Assembly (NCBI GenBank): GCA_973895155.1
Contig: OZ316892.1
Coordinates: 1,801,223 to 1,865,222 of the forward strand
DNA from: Marsupella aquatica
Taxonomy: Eukaryota > Plantae > Marchantiophyta
Length of the DNA: 64,000 nucleotides
Reading direction: 5' to 3'
Shown here: piece after piece, positions 62,506 to 64,000 of the stretch
Numbering within the stretch: the first letter of the stretch is position 1
How the letters are laid out: the number at the start of each line of letters is the position of its first letter
The notes under the pieces: model-generated
Told to the model about the DNA's origin: nothing
The model's database searches: none
The model's input: the letters and a program-made list of their open reading frames with translations, nothing else
Made by a program: the position numbers and the translations under genes

Positions 62506-64000
62506 TGATGTGAAGTGTATGCTGCAGTAAAGTGCCCTAGAATCCCATGTGCAGCGCAAAAACTGGTTACGTTTTTGCAAGGGAAAAACAAAACATTAAA
62601 CCTAGTAATGAAAGGAAGAAATATATACCGTAGCTAGAATGAACTGGTATACCTTTCAAGATATTCTAAAACAGAAAACTTAAATCTCTTAGTGACATTT
62701 CATAGAGAAAGAGAAGATATGCAACAGAGTGGGGATGACTGTCCACTTGTGTACCCATGGATTGCTAACAGTTTCATAGCAAGATTACGTTGTAATTAAC
62801 TACTTTGCTACACTTTCCAGTAAATTACCTCAACCAATATAGGGCTGAAATGTTTTGTCGTGGTTAAAGAATGGCAGTCATTGAGTTTACCTTGCCCATG
62901 ACTGACCGAGGGGGATACATTTGTCACAAAGGCTAAGCTAAAGACTAAATATATTAAGAAGATGATTGTATTACTCTGAGGATCAAAATGATGGCCAATG
63001 TCATTTTCCAATTATTCTTAAAAAAACAAAAGTTACCCAGACTTTAGTTGAAGAGAGTGGTGCATCATATATGGAATAATATTCCCTCTATCTCCAAAAA
63101 TTGTCTAGTTCCTTGCATCACTAAGTCAAGTCACTCTCCAAAAATGTGTTTGTGGTTTAGTAAACCAAATCTGACAATGGATCCACCGTGGCAAATCCCC
63201 AACCCCACAACCAACCATACTGGTTTGATAAACCCAATACTCTGGCTGGAACAATTTTCAAAATTCAAACTTGGCAGTCTACCAGGAAGGGGGATGTCAG
63301 CCTTTTTTTTAAACGGCCATTGTCCAAAAGGTTAGGGGAGGACAAGATAGTGTACTCTTTTTCTTAATTGAGAAAATTTTGGACTTGTTTTAGTAACCTG
63401 GATCCACCAGGTTTTGCTTAGGGGATAGTAAATGATAAGAGGGGTACGGGGAGGGGAACCACATTTGAGCAAGTCGCGCAGGGTTGCAAGTGTTAAGATG
63501 TCTGCTGTCCGGAAGGGAGCTGGAAAACTCTGGGTTTCTATTTTGATATTTTCTCTATATAATTCTTACAATTATTAGATGCTCCTGTGGCACAGAACAC
63601 ATTGAACTTGTTTGATACATTTATATAGACATGTCAACCCTTGTTAATGAAAACTATCCATCTGAAATTGGAACCCAAAGTCAAGGGCATCCAGAAGGGC
63701 ATTTGTGCAACATTCTCTCCCATTTCAATTTTTACGGACCCCACTAGAGGTCCCTTCCAAAATTTGAGACTCCACAGCGCGCCATGTCATCATGGCATGC
63801 TGCAAACAGGAAGAGATCTGTTTTTGGATAAAATTAACTTCTGCATTAGTGTTTGTGGCAACTTTTTTGTAAAAATTGGGACGCCATGCCGTAAAAAAGA
63901 ATGTAAAAAAATTGACATGCAAATCAAAAGACAAAAAGATTGAGATAAAGCTGCTCCCAGTAACGGTTTTATTTACATTTTCATTTTATTCAAAACATAA

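Overview
Eukaryotic nuclear DNA from a land plant. Spliceosomal introns, plant gene families and a Replitron-type transposase point to a non-seed plant such as a bryophyte (inference). About 1-14 kb is genic: a 8-exon DUF2232 membrane-protein gene (-), a divergent 5-exon HPP-family transporter gene (+), tRNA-Arg(ACG), and a weakly resolved micro-exon gene (-). About 14.3-52.5 kb is a nested transposon island. It holds a 9.7-kb Mutator-like element with ~890-bp TIRs, two convergent genes, no canonical TSD, and a MITE inside its transposase. Next comes an intact Replitron-type HUH/Y1 Rep ORF with an overlapping upstream ORF, a G-rich tract plus three abutting hairpins downstream, and a mosaic of repeats upstream. 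Two full-length Ty1/copia copies of one family follow, sharing an unexpected 5'/3' LTR asymmetry and a gag stop codon. About 52.6-60.4 kb is a head-to-head inverted duplication of an intronless BAT1-like amino-acid permease, one copy intact and one lacking its ATG. Degraded copia fragments follow. All family assignments come from motif recognition by eye; no searches were run.
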